Assembly: GCA_019704295.1 (NCBI GenBank)
Contig: AP024596.1
Coordinates: forward strand, 1,504,001-1,568,000
Reading direction: 5' to 3'
DNA length: 64,000 nucleotides
From: Sulfolobales archaeon HS-7
GTDB taxonomy: Archaea; Thermoproteota; Thermoprotei_A; Sulfolobales; Sulfolobaceae
Position 1 is the stretch's first letter, and each line of letters begins with the position of its first letter. Below are positions 10,895-21,036 of the stretch, piece by piece. A program made the translations under genes and the position numbers. The notes below the pieces were generated by a model. It saw nothing but the letters and a program-made list of their open reading frames with translations. It was not told where the DNA came from and searched no databases.

Positions 10895-12058
10895 TTAAAC
10901 CCCGTTCTTCTTACGACCTTTCATAATTAGCGAGGAATATCCATTGAGTATTTCGCTTGGAATGGGTTTTCCTATTTCTTTAATGCTAAAATCATCAAAC
11001 TCCCTTATCAATTCCTCAAACGCTATTCTCGCCTCAAGTCTTGCTAAGGACGCCCCCAAACACATATGTGTTCCACCTCCAAAACTGAGATGAGGATTGG
11101 GTTTCCTGAAAGCTTCGAATTCCTCTGAATTCGGAAAAACCTCCTCATCCCTATTGGCAGACGCTATCCATACCTTTACGTAATCTCCCCTTCTTAGGGT
11201 TAGTCCCCTTATGGATATATCGTCCTTTACTATTCTAGTAGTTCTTCTGACGGGGGGATGGTACCTAAGAACCTCCTCTAAAGCTAGGGTAAGGTTCCCT
11301 GGCTGTATTGAATGGTACCTTGAGTTTTCAACAAACGCTATCATGGCGTTAGTGAGGAAATTCGTGGTTGTCTCATTCCCCGCAGCTAATAACAGGAATA
11401 CGTAACCTAAAACCTCCGTTAGAGATAGCCTTTTTCCTCCCGTCATTCCGTTAGAGATCACAGATATGAGATCCCTCCCTTTTCTCTCACTTCTCTCCTT
11501 TACTAACGTAGATAGATATTCCATACTTTCTACGAATTTCTCCATGGAAAGAGGTTTATCTCCCTGACCTAGCATTAACGCCACGTTGTCCGACCATTCC
11601 TTAAACCTTCCCCTATCTTCCTCAGGTAGTCCCAACATCTCCGCTATAACCATAATGGGAAGGGGGATCGCGAAGTCCTTTACGAAGTCAAAAGTCTCCC
11701 CCAGACTATTAATAAGCGCTCTGACAACCTTTGTGATGAACTGTTCATAGGAGGAGAGGGATTGTGGGGAGAAAAGTTCGATAGTTATGTTCTTTAATTC
11801 ATCATGTATCGGAGGATCTGTAGTGAGCATTGTATAGTAAATGGGGAGACCTGCAATTCCCTCGGATTGTCTCAATTCCTCGGCCACTTTCTCGTCATAA
11901 TTAGTTAATTTAGAGGAGAAAATAGATGTATCTATTAACGCTCTTCTCACATCATCGTATTTAAATAGATGCCATACTTCTCCATCAAAGTAAACTGGAT
12001 TCTCACGTCTCATAATCCGAAACCAATTAAAAATGTCGCCAAGGGAAGTATATGACAT
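10895..12058 (-). CDS. Cytochrome P450 (CYP119-like)
   Basis: DPP.H, AGNETT I-helix, EEVLR (ExxR), FGGGTHMCLG haem-Cys motif. Confidence 0.95.
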   Translation of the reverse strand: MSYTSLGDIFNWFRIMRRENPVYFDGEVWHLFKYDDVRRALIDTSIFSSKLTNYDEKVAEELRQSEGIAGLPIYYTMLTTDPPIHDELKNITIELFSPQSLSSYEQFITKVVRALINSLGETFDFVKDFAIPLPIMVIAEMLGLPEEDRGRFKEWSDNVALMLGQGDKPLSMEKFVESMEYLSTLVKERSERKGRDLISVISNGMTGGKRLSLTEVLGYVFLLLAAGNETTTNFLTNAMIAFVENSRYHSIQPGNLTLALEEVLRYHPPVRRTTRIVKDDISIRGLTLRRGDYVKVWIASANRDEEVFPNSEEFEAFRKPNPHLSFGGGTHMCLGASLARLEARIAFEELIREFDDFSIKEIGKPIPSEILNGYSSLIMKGRKKNGV

Positions 12059-12415
12059 AAAGAGTATTTCCTACAAAACATAAAAAACTTTTAGATATAT
12101 CTGCTTTGGCCCATATGGTAACTACCAATTTCTTTACTTCTACTCACATAATTCAGTAGTGTAGCTGTGTAAAACTCCTCTACTGATAATTTTTCAGTAA
12201 GACGGAGAAAATTTTCAGCTAAAAAGTGTCGTTAAAAACACATCTTTTGCAGAACCCTTGTGCCTCATCTTGCAAAGAAGGGCTCCATAAACGCTAAAGG
12301 TATTAAGTATCAGACTCGTTTAAGGTAGGGAAATATAAGATATTTTAAAAAGGGGGTTTACAATATTAATTAGTCTACCGTGAACCTTTTTAAATCTACC
12401 ATTAGTTATTATGTA

Positions 12416-14071
12416 ATGAGAAGTACAACCCGTCTTTCACTTTCACTTAATGGCTTTTGGCATTTCAAGACAGGAGGCAATTCCTTCGAGGAACTCAGAG
12501 AGGGAGATCTCATATACGTTCCCTCCGCGTGGAATAACCAAAATCCTATGTGGTTTGATTTCGAAGGAATCTCCTGGTATCAAAGAACGGTTTACGTACC
12601 AAATCTTCCGGGTAAGGTTCTGCTTACTTCTGGAGGAATTGTGGGAAAATGTGAGGTTTGGGTAAATGGAGAAAAGGAGGGGTCATTCGACCTCTCGTAC
12701 ATCCCATTCTTAATCCATCTAAAGAACGTAAAGAAAGGGGATGAAAACTGGATTTCTCTAAAGGTTGACAACACCCTCTCTTTACTCGATTTTCCCCCAG
12801 GAAACAGTCACAGGCAGACAGCATTTGATTTTTACCATTATGGCGGTCTCATTAGAGATGTTGGAATTGTAATAGTACCCGAAGAGGGGCTTGAAAAGGT
12901 AAATTTTAACACGGATAGCAGGGGACATCTGAAATTAAAATTTGACACCAACTGCGATGGATGTGAGGCTAAGTTAAATATACCAGCATTAGGCTTTTCT
13001 AAGAGTGTCTCTACTGAGGACGAGGTATTAATTCCCGGTGTAAAACAGTGGTCTATAGATGGCCCTCGCCTTTACGAGGTAAAGTTAGAACTTACTAAAG
13101 GAGAGGAAGTAAAAGATAACGTCATTCACAAACTGGGATTTAGAGACCTAATTGTTGAGGGCGAGGACATTTTACTTAATGGAAGAAAAATATTCCTTAA
13201 GGGGTTCGGTAGACATGAGGATTTTCCGGTTACCGGGAAATACGTCCCCGGTTCCGTTCTCATAAGGGAATTCAACCTCATGAAGGCAGTTCACGCTAAC
13301 TCCTTTAGGACGTCACATTACCCTTATTCAACAGAGAACCTAGAACTCGCTGACGAAATGGGTTTCCTCGTTATACTAGAGGCCCCTCTCTCTTACTCTA
13401 CCCTTAATCACATTACGAAAGATTTCTCTATGTTCTCAAGCGACGATTACCTTAGTAGGGCAAAAAGGGTCATAGAGCATATTGTAGATTACTACGGGAA
13501 CTATACGTCGGTAGTTATGTTCAGCGTAGCGAACGAACCTCCTTCTGATAGGGAAAACGTGACGGATTTCCTGAAAGAACTAATACTAACCGTAAAACAA
13601 AGGGACAGCAGACCAGTAACCTTTGCCTCAAATCATTGGAGCGCGGATAAGGCGATACAGTACTGTGACGTGATATCGCTTAACTTCTACTTCGGATGGT
13701 ACTCAGAACACAATCAGATTGATGTCGGCGTGAAGAAGGCAGAAGAGGAATTAGATAAGGTTAAGCGATTTGAAAAGCCTATATTGATAACGGAGTTTGG
13801 TGCAGATGCGATAGCGGGATTTCACTCCGAACCTCCGGTGGAATGGAGCGAAGAGTATCAATCGGAATTGCTGTCAAAGTATATAGACGCTCTTTCAAGA
13901 AAGGGAGTAGCGGGAATTCACATATGGAATTTAGTGGAATTTAGGACTTACTCAAGTCCCTCTAGAACTGGATTTAACAGAAAGGGCATACTAACTAGGG
14001 AAAGAGAACCAAAGAGCTCTTATTTCGCAGTAAAGAGTATATTCGGTTCCTTAAAAGACTTTAATGAATAA
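12416..14071 (+). CDS. uidA: GH2 beta-glucuronidase
   Basis: GFGRHED, NSFRTSHYPY, ANEP acid/base, ITEFGAD nucleophile, NxKG (NRKG); TATA tttttaaa ~22 nt before ATG 12416. Confidence 0.88.
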   Translation: MRSTTRLSLSLNGFWHFKTGGNSFEELREGDLIYVPSAWNNQNPMWFDFEGISWYQRTVYVPNLPGKVLLTSGGIVGKCEVWVNGEKEGSFDLSYIPFLIHLKNVKKGDENWISLKVDNTLSLLDFPPGNSHRQTAFDFYHYGGLIRDVGIVIVPEEGLEKVNFNTDSRGHLKLKFDTNCDGCEAKLNIPALGFSKSVSTEDEVLIPGVKQWSIDGPRLYEVKLELTKGEEVKDNVIHKLGFRDLIVEGEDILLNGRKIFLKGFGRHEDFPVTGKYVPGSVLIREFNLMKAVHANSFRTSHYPYSTENLELADEMGFLVILEAPLSYSTLNHITKDFSMFSSDDYLSRAKRVIEHIVDYYGNYTSVVMFSVANEPPSDRENVTDFLKELILTVKQRDSRPVTFASNHWSADKAIQYCDVISLNFYFGWYSEHNQIDVGVKKAEEELDKVKRFEKPILITEFGADAIAGFHSEPPVEWSEEYQSELLSKYIDALSRKGVAGIHIWNLVEFRTYSSPSRTGFNRKGILTREREPKSSYFAVKSIFGSLKDFNE

Positions 14072-14157
14072 ACGTGGTGCTCCTACATATATTTGCATTA
14101 TGAAGATGGAATTATACCAAGTGAAAAACTTTTAAACTGAAAGTCTTACGATTTTGT

Positions 14158-15966
14158 ATGAAAATAGGGTTAATATTCCTGACGTTATTGGTCTTAACTC
14201 TTGTAGTCTTCATGCCACTAATTCCACAATCTGCCACAGAAATCACATTAAATGGTAAATACAAGTTTTCAAACCTCCTTATTGGCACAGTACCCTTTGA
14301 CAAGGGATACGTTCAGATAGATTTTAATGGAGTACTTTATTTTTCTGAAGAGGTATTAGAGAGTGAATTTGGCATTCACATTACACCTAAGGGTATATCA
14401 GGCTACACAACAATGAGTTACACAGCAAATGGTGCTAACTCTAGTGATATAGTAAATGCCTCTGCACTTTACACAGCTTACGCTTATTACGGGAACGACG
14501 TTTACATATATTTAGTTTCTCCTTCAAGCAACTTCACATCAATGGACCTTCGATACGTCATCTTTAACGGCAACTTATTCTTTGGAAATGGCGAACTGAT
14601 ATCTAGTGGGTTTGTAGTAGGTGCATTGGGTAACGATTCCTCTTTAGCAGTCCTTTGGAAACCCTCTCTTAACGCTAGCGATACTTTCCTCTTAACTTAC
14701 ATTCAAAATAGATTGGTGTCAAACGTATCGTTACAGCAGAATGTTAATTTTATCCTTAGCCTCAACTCTCAGAACGAGTTAATTTCGTTTCAGCAGTTAC
14801 TCTCCTACAACGGCAGGGAACTCTCAGTATTTAACACAAGTGTAGACCGTAATGGGACGAGCATTTACGTTGCATCTTTCGCCACAAACGGAAAAGAGAT
14901 TGGGAAATTACCCGTCCTAGAGGCTGCAGGAGACAGCGGATACCCCTACAACTTTGCCTACGTACTTAACAATAGTAATACCCTTTACATATCATCCTCT
15001 ACTGGAATTGCGCGAGAGATAAACCTAAGTTTCACGCCGAAAGGCATAGAAACGTTCTCCCTTGACAGATACGTTATATTATCTAAAGAGATATACTCTA
15101 CACAAAACGAGATAATCCTGGAGGACTACATGGTTGTTCTAAACAGTCCTAAGGTCAGTTGTTATCCTATAGGAGATACGACCATATCCATAAACACCGG
15201 TTATTCAGGCACCAACGCTGGTTATTCCGGTACCGAGATAAACATAACCAATTATCACACAACGATTTACGCTTTTCCTGACGTGCTGCACATGTATGAG
15301 TTTAACGCTTCTGTTAGCTACTCATTTAATTCCGTAATGGAAGCGCAGGCTACTATCTATCTATCCGGGTTTTACGTAGTAAACCAGACGAGAAGCTATC
15401 CCCCATCACCGGCGATAGCAGTTAATGAGGTAAATACCACTAACTCGACAATTCTGGAGCTTTCCTACAACGATTCAAACTGTATTTTTGGACATTTCTA
15501 CGTAAGAGTAAATGGAACTACCGTATTGACTTCAGTTAACCCGTTTGGTACTGGAAACTATACAGTAACCAGTAGCGGAGATTACAACGTAACTGTTGAG
15601 GTTTGTGGAATATTGGGGAATGCTACCACTTCTAAGGAGATTATAGTTGAAGTGCCGGTAGTGACGACAACAACGACAACCAGTACTACCACAACCACTT
15701 CAACTACTACAACGTCTACTAATACAAGTACCTCATCTACGACGAGTAGTCAAACAACGACCACTACTCAAACAAGTACCACTAGTACCACGACAAGTTC
15801 GAGCTCTGCTACATCAACTACAGAGACAACTCAGAGTGTCGTATCAACGCTTAGCAGTGTACCTCCCTCAAGCACATCTAGTACAGTGTCTACGATCGCG
15901 ATTGCGGTTGTCATCGTTGTGGTAATCCTGGTTATTGTAGGAATTTTGCTCCTCAGAAGAAGGTAA
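14158..15966 (+). CDS. Secreted, membrane-anchored surface glycoprotein with Ser/Thr-rich stalk
   Basis: Signal peptide, many NxS/T sequons, long T/S tract, C-terminal TM + RRR. Confidence 0.8.
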   Translation: MKIGLIFLTLLVLTLVVFMPLIPQSATEITLNGKYKFSNLLIGTVPFDKGYVQIDFNGVLYFSEEVLESEFGIHITPKGISGYTTMSYTANGANSSDIVNASALYTAYAYYGNDVYIYLVSPSSNFTSMDLRYVIFNGNLFFGNGELISSGFVVGALGNDSSLAVLWKPSLNASDTFLLTYIQNRLVSNVSLQQNVNFILSLNSQNELISFQQLLSYNGRELSVFNTSVDRNGTSIYVASFATNGKEIGKLPVLEAAGDSGYPYNFAYVLNNSNTLYISSSTGIAREINLSFTPKGIETFSLDRYVILSKEIYSTQNEIILEDYMVVLNSPKVSCYPIGDTTISINTGYSGTNAGYSGTEINITNYHTTIYAFPDVLHMYEFNASVSYSFNSVMEAQATIYLSGFYVVNQTRSYPPSPAIAVNEVNTTNSTILELSYNDSNCIFGHFYVRVNGTTVLTSVNPFGTGNYTVTSSGDYNVTVEVCGILGNATTSKEIIVEVPVVTTTTTTSTTTTTSTTTTSTNTSTSSTTSSQTTTTTQTSTTSTTTSSSSATSTTETTQSVVSTLSSVPPSSTSSTVSTIAIAVVIVVVILVIVGILLLRRR

Positions 15967-15998
15967 CCCTTTTATACGATTTTAATCCCTTTTTCTCT

Positions 15999-18035
15999 AT
16001 GGTTAAAGTTAACTCAAGTTTTTACGTGAAAGGCGGAATGCCTCTAGGAGGGATAGGAGCTGGAAAGATAGAGATAACGCCTAGAGGAGAGTTAGTGAAC
16101 TTTAACCTCGGAAATAACTGGTCTAAGCCGATAAGGAAGCTAGAGGCTTTCCACATACTAGTAAAACCTGAAAAAGGAGAACCCTTTCTACTCCAGGACC
16201 CAGTTACACCGTTCTACTATTTGCCCAATTTATCAACGCCCCTAGAGGGAGACATGAAATATCCTATCGCTAACCTCATCGCAAAAAGGGGGGATGTAGA
16301 GGCTAGAGTAACGTACTTTTCTGCCTTAATTCCTGAGGACGTTGACGACTCCTCACTTCCAGCAGTGGGAATTTACGTAAGGACTAACGCAAAGGCCACA
16401 TTAGCGCTTTCTTTTCCGAATGTCATGGGGATTAACGCCTCGGGTAGGGTAAATAGACGGGTGAAGGACGGATTCTCCTCTATTAACGCAAGGGCTAATC
16501 CTTACGATCACCTTGCGGGCGAGACTTACGTGATCTCCAATGACCCGAAAAGGGTTATTACCCAGTATAACGCGAATGGAGGTAGGGAGAGAGAAAAGAC
16601 CCTTAGACCAGGGAAGTTTTTCGAGAACGAAGACGTCTGGAAAGCCTTTCTCTCTGGTGAGGAAATAAAAGAGGAAGCGGGGGAGTCCATGGGTTCGTAT
16701 TACCTTCCCGCAGGGATGATAATCACGGAGGGAGAGGCGAAGTTCGTTATTTCCTGGTATATGAGGCATCCCTCTACGGAATTTCCGTATAGACACTACT
16801 ATACTAATCTCTTTGAAAGTGCAATAGAGGTAGGGAGGTATTTCCTTGACAACTTCGATGAATTTCTAAGGAGGACTATTAAATGGCAGGACTCCCTTAT
16901 CGACCCCAGCCTGCCGGATTGGCTTAAGGATGCAATAATTAACAGTACTTACGTTTTAACATCCTCGGCGTGGCTTGATGAAAAAGGTAGGTTCTCATTG
17001 CTGGAAGCGCCTGAGGTAGGTCCTATGGTCGGGACTGTAGGGGGGTTCGCCTACGAAACGGGAACCCTTCCGATCGTCCTCTTATTCCCTAAACTTGAGG
17101 AGAAATTTCTAAGGGAGTTAGCTAAGTCAATTAGAGATGACGGTTACATTCCTCACGACCTAGGTACTTTCTCCTTTGACTCTCCATCTGATGGCACTAC
17201 AGCTCCTCCCAAGTGGAAGGATACGAATCCGACATTTACCCTCTTAGTACTAAGGTATTTTAAAATAACTAACGATATGGACTTTCTCAGGGAAATGTAC
17301 CCTTACCTAAAAAGGGCAATGGATTGGTTCCTCTCCCAGGATAAGGACGCAGACGGTTTACCGGAGTTAGAGGGAAGTTGCGACACCGGTTACGACTGCG
17401 TACCGATGAAAGGTTGGAGTTCGTACACTTCCACTCTTGCAATTACCTCCTATCTAGCTCAAAGGGAAGTAGCATCGGTTCTACATGATGCAGGAGAGGT
17501 CGAGAGAATGAATGAAGTTTTGCAGAAGTCAAGGAAATCGCTTTTATCCACTTTTGATGGCAAGAAATTTAAGGCGTGGAAGTATTCCCCTGAGTCCTTT
17601 GTTTTTGCGGCTCAGCTTACTGGTTCCTGGTGGTCGTTCCTCTTAGGTTTAGAGGAAGTGGTTTCCGAGGATGTGATCAAAGTGATCCTTAGGACTGTAA
17701 GGGAGTATAACGGAAAGGCCTCCCCATACTGCACGCCAAATATGGTTACTGAAGATGGTTCTGAGGTTGATATAGACTCCCAACTCACCTCATCCTGGCC
17801 TAGACTTGTCTTCTCCATTTCCTCCCTGGGTTATAGAAGGGAGTCCCACGAGTGGCAAAATATAGCAAAGAAGGAATGGGATAATCTCGTCAGGGAGGGA
17901 CTGATCTGGAATTTCCCTTCAATAATTCACGGATGGGACGGTAAACCAGACAACCCCTTTCTTGATCATTACATAGGGAGTCCCGCACTTTGGAGTTTTA
18001 CCTACCATTACTCAATGAGGGCGTCTAAAAAATGA
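15999..18035 (+). CDS. GH116 glycoside hydrolase (non-lysosomal glucosylceramidase-like)
   Basis: GMPLGGIGAG, GYIPHDLG, WKD.N..F, D.D.DGLPE...D..YD. Confidence 0.88.
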   Translation: MVKVNSSFYVKGGMPLGGIGAGKIEITPRGELVNFNLGNNWSKPIRKLEAFHILVKPEKGEPFLLQDPVTPFYYLPNLSTPLEGDMKYPIANLIAKRGDVEARVTYFSALIPEDVDDSSLPAVGIYVRTNAKATLALSFPNVMGINASGRVNRRVKDGFSSINARANPYDHLAGETYVISNDPKRVITQYNANGGREREKTLRPGKFFENEDVWKAFLSGEEIKEEAGESMGSYYLPAGMIITEGEAKFVISWYMRHPSTEFPYRHYYTNLFESAIEVGRYFLDNFDEFLRRTIKWQDSLIDPSLPDWLKDAIINSTYVLTSSAWLDEKGRFSLLEAPEVGPMVGTVGGFAYETGTLPIVLLFPKLEEKFLRELAKSIRDDGYIPHDLGTFSFDSPSDGTTAPPKWKDTNPTFTLLVLRYFKITNDMDFLREMYPYLKRAMDWFLSQDKDADGLPELEGSCDTGYDCVPMKGWSSYTSTLAITSYLAQREVASVLHDAGEVERMNEVLQKSRKSLLSTFDGKKFKAWKYSPESFVFAAQLTGSWWSFLLGLEEVVSEDVIKVILRTVREYNGKASPYCTPNMVTEDGSEVDIDSQLTSSWPRLVFSISSLGYRRESHEWQNIAKKEWDNLVREGLIWNFPSIIHGWDGKPDNPFLDHYIGSPALWSFTYHYSMRASKK

Positions 18036-18670
18036 GATTGCTTTTTGTAGCGCCCCATCCTGACGATGAATGCGACAACGCCGGCGGCACTCTTCTGAGG
18101 CTATCTAGGAGGGGTGTGGAAATAGCCGTTCTCTACCTTACTGATGGACGAAAGGGTTCTCCGTGTTCATGGGAAAGGGGGAAGAGACTTGCGGAGATTA
18201 GGAGAGCTGAGGCAGTAGCAGGTCTTAAGTGGGCGGGAATAAAGAGATGGTTCTTTCTTTCCTATTCCGACGGAGAGTTAATCAAGAATGTGAATGTAGC
18301 GTTCTTTCAAGTCAAGAGAGTAATTACGGAATTCTCTCCGCACGTAATTATATATCCCTCTGAATTTGACTCTCATCCAGATCATAGAGCTGGAGGCCTA
18401 ATCGTGAAAAAGATAGATTACCCGTCTCTCTTGTTAAGTTACGTCAACTGGGGCGGCGCGAAGGAAATTGCAGAGGTGCTTCTCGTTCCCGTGAGCGACT
18501 TGATTCAGGAGAAACTTAAATTCGGACGTTTTCATAAAAGCCAGTTTAAGTACTTCGACGGAGATTACATACGAAAGTTCTTCCTTGCTGAGAACGAGAG
18601 GTTCTTCATAAAGAAGAAGGTGAATTTACCAGAATTTCTGAAACTCACGCACGGAAAAATAATAGGCTAA
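18032..18670 (+). CDS. PIG-L/LmbE family N-acetylglucosaminyl deacetylase
   Basis: APHPDDE, RRAEA, HPDH; ATGA overlap with GH116. Confidence 0.9.
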   Translation: MRLLFVAPHPDDECDNAGGTLLRLSRRGVEIAVLYLTDGRKGSPCSWERGKRLAEIRRAEAVAGLKWAGIKRWFFLSYSDGELIKNVNVAFFQVKRVITEFSPHVIIYPSEFDSHPDHRAGGLIVKKIDYPSLLLSYVNWGGAKEIAEVLLVPVSDLIQEKLKFGRFHKSQFKYFDGDYIRKFFLAENERFFIKKKVNLPEFLKLTHGKIIG

Positions 18671-18986
18671 TTAGGTTAAGAAGCTTATCTGCTACCCAAC
18701 AGAACTCTAACATACTCAGGAAGTTAAGGCGGAAATTATGTTACATGAATTTCGTTGATGAGGACTCTAGGGCAAAAACTTTAGATATTCCTTATATTGT
18801 ATTACGAACATTTGATAGAATTAGACTAATTTGTCCCAACTGCAAGGTGCGGAAAAATACATAAAATAAAAAGGCCACTATAGGGAGGCTATCCCTCGGA
18901 AATCTACCTCAGCACTAGCTTAAGGGACCAAACGAAGTTGTGCCAGGAATTCAATAGTGAAAAAACTTCGTGACGTTTTCTTCGAA

Positions 18987-19805
18987 TTACGAAATTAGTA
19001 CTTCCCCGTTCTGAACAGATATACTCATGCTCGCCTTTCCTTTTCCCAGTATTCCCGAAAAGTATCCTTGAGAGTAAGTAACGTTATTAAAGGTAATTCC
19101 ATTCACATTGATTGAACCAAGAACGGTTGAAGCCTTTATCGAAATCGAAGATTGCCGATTTATATGAACAGTTATCTGACCGTTTGAAGACGATATGTAA
19201 TATTCCCCTGAAGTTATTGGCAGAACGTCGTTGAAATATATCTCCCCGTTGCTGGTTATTACACGCGCTACGCTTACGTTCTCTGGTGTAATGTAGATTT
19301 CCCCGTTAGACGAGGACAAGGACAAGTATTTTCCAGAGCTTACATTTGCGTATATAACTCCATTAGCTGCCGATACGGAAATCGCATCAAATGAGGAAAT
19401 TTCAATTCTCCCTACCATGTTAGTTAGGGATATTGAGAGGTTAAGGTAAAGATCTCTGGGTAAGTAAATCGTGAGGTTAACCCTTCTGATCAAAAACGAG
19501 GTCAACTGATTTAACAGCTCTATTTCAACGGCGGTATTATTCTGAACTACTTTCAATTCTGTAGTTGGTTTCACTATAAGGGATCTCACGCATTGCTGAA
19601 GGAGGATATAGCTTTTGTTCCACTGTAACACGTTAATTTCCCCGTTATATCCCCTAACGATAACCTCCTTTACATTGTGTGGACTTATTTTTTGATAAAG
19701 CGTGTACGATTCTCCTATGGAATGGGGAACAACGAATAAAACAACTGAGGAAATCAACACTGTCAATACGATAATAAGGATCCCTTTCATGTAATCCATT
19801 TTCAC
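18987..19805 (-). CDS. DUF4097 (Toastrack/LiaG-like) beta-repeat protein with N-terminal TM
   Basis: Repeated [S/T]SNGxI beta-strand motifs. Confidence 0.8.
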   Translation of the reverse strand: MKMDYMKGILIIVLTVLISSVVLFVVPHSIGESYTLYQKISPHNVKEVIVRGYNGEINVLQWNKSYILLQQCVRSLIVKPTTELKVVQNNTAVEIELLNQLTSFLIRRVNLTIYLPRDLYLNLSISLTNMVGRIEISSFDAISVSAANGVIYANVSSGKYLSLSSSNGEIYITPENVSVARVITSNGEIYFNDVLPITSGEYYISSSNGQITVHINRQSSISIKASTVLGSINVNGITFNNVTYSQGYFSGILGKGKASMSISVQNGEVLIS

Positions 19806-20050
19806 TCCTCCAACTGCTTCTTGATTTCCTCTAGTTTGCTCTCAATAGAGGAAAGTTTGTTAACTATTTCGGTGTACTCTTCGGGACTCGTACGCATGCT
19901 TGTTAGAACCTTCCTCCACACCGGGATCGCTACGAGAAGAACTATGAAAGCGAAGAGAACTCCGGGGGCTCCACTGCGGATTATGGCAGCGGAGAGTATT
20001 AGCGCTATGGAAACCCAAACTACAACAGTGGATGCCAACATTTCATTCAT
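19802..20050 (-). CDS. Small 2-TM protein with C-terminal coiled coil
   Basis: Two TM helices then EIVNKLSSIESKLEEIKKQLEE; overlaps both neighbours. Confidence 0.75.
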   Translation of the reverse strand: MNEMLASTVVVWVSIALILSAAIIRSGAPGVLFAFIVLLVAIPVWRKVLTSMRTSPEEYTEIVNKLSSIESKLEEIKKQLEE

Positions 20051-20351
20051 TACTTCTCCCCTCCATCAACCTCACTACCTCCTCTGGTGACACGCTTATT
20101 GAGAACTCCACTAACTCGTAGTACCTCAACGCCTTTGCTACGTCCTGAGAGACCACTATCCTCGACTTCACTATTCCCGCCTTCTGAAGCTTTATGAGAT
20201 GAACCTTCGCTAAAGCCCTGCTTATACCCGCCTTTTTCGCCAAATCCGACAGGTATAAAGGCCCATCTCTCTTTAGGATTCCTACTAGTTTCAACCTTAA
20301 AGGGTGACCTAAGGCCTCTAGCTGTACCGCTAATCCCTCTAATTCGTCCAT
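20043..20351 (-). CDS. ArsR-family winged-helix transcription regulator
   Basis: ALGHPLRLKLV..L...YLSDLAKKAGISRALAKVHL.KL..AGIV. Confidence 0.88.
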   Translation of the reverse strand: MDELEGLAVQLEALGHPLRLKLVGILKRDGPLYLSDLAKKAGISRALAKVHLIKLQKAGIVKSRIVVSQDVAKALRYYELVEFSISVSPEEVVRLMEGRSNE

Positions 20352-20363
20352 CCATTTTCATCA

Positions 20364-20417
20364 TGTAATAAAATGATTACACATTATTAAAGCTTTTCAT
20401 GTATGAAAGTAATTACA
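20364..20417. promoter_or_regulatory. Two 18-bp palindromic operators flanking the BRE/TATA of the arsR operon
   Basis: tgtaat-aaaatg-attaca (20364-20381) and tgtatg-aaagta-attaca (20400-20417) on either side of minus-strand TTTAATAA (about 20384-20391). Confidence 0.6.
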
Positions 20418-21036
20418 TCTTATGTGCCACTATGCTTTTGAATGAGACTTAATTTTACAACACTCGCGTAAATTGCTGAAATCTCCTTAGCAGGGGGGAA
20501 TACTCTCTACCTAGAAACATGGGAAATTTTTGAAAAACCTACATTTAGGTTGAGAGAAATTAGCATATCCCATTTAATGCCTTGTGACAAGCATACAATT
20601 ATGAGAATTGAAGATAAGGGCCAGTGGGGAGGGGTACCTAACCATTTAGAGTAGGAAGAGTTAGATGAGTTCTAAAAACTGGTTAAAAAGAAGAGTCAAG
20701 AAAAGCTACCGATAAACCCTCTTATGACGCCCAATCTCTCAAATACAGTTTTTTTAGTTAACACTATATAATATTCTTGTATCACCAGTAACTTCTAAGG
20801 AAAAAACGGGTTTCTGCACATGTCATTTCTTAACTTTTCTCCAACAACTCTAAACCAAATGAACCACTTTATCGGAAAACTCATTTCCCTCTTGCAAAAA
20901 AGATTTCCCTTTGTTCTAAAAATTGTCTGTCCTAGTGAAATTGCCTCACGTTATTGATTTTTAGTACAAATGCGACCTTGATCGTGGAGCTGGGTGGTAA
21001 ATCAATTACGTCTCCACTATTCCTAAATCCTGGGTT

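Noticed and set aside
15660-15890. Thr/Ser low-complexity tract as a DNA repeat element
   Set aside because: Codon-diverse coding stalk typical of Sulfolobales surface proteins
18860-18910. Reverse-strand ccgagggatagcctccctatagt resembling the left edge of the 59478 element
   Set aside because: About 20 bp of gapped similarity with no downstream structure; may be chance
20050-20364. 104-aa alternative-frame ORF over arsR, and the many antisense ORFs in the track
   Set aside because: Shadow ORFs of well-supported genes, with no motifs
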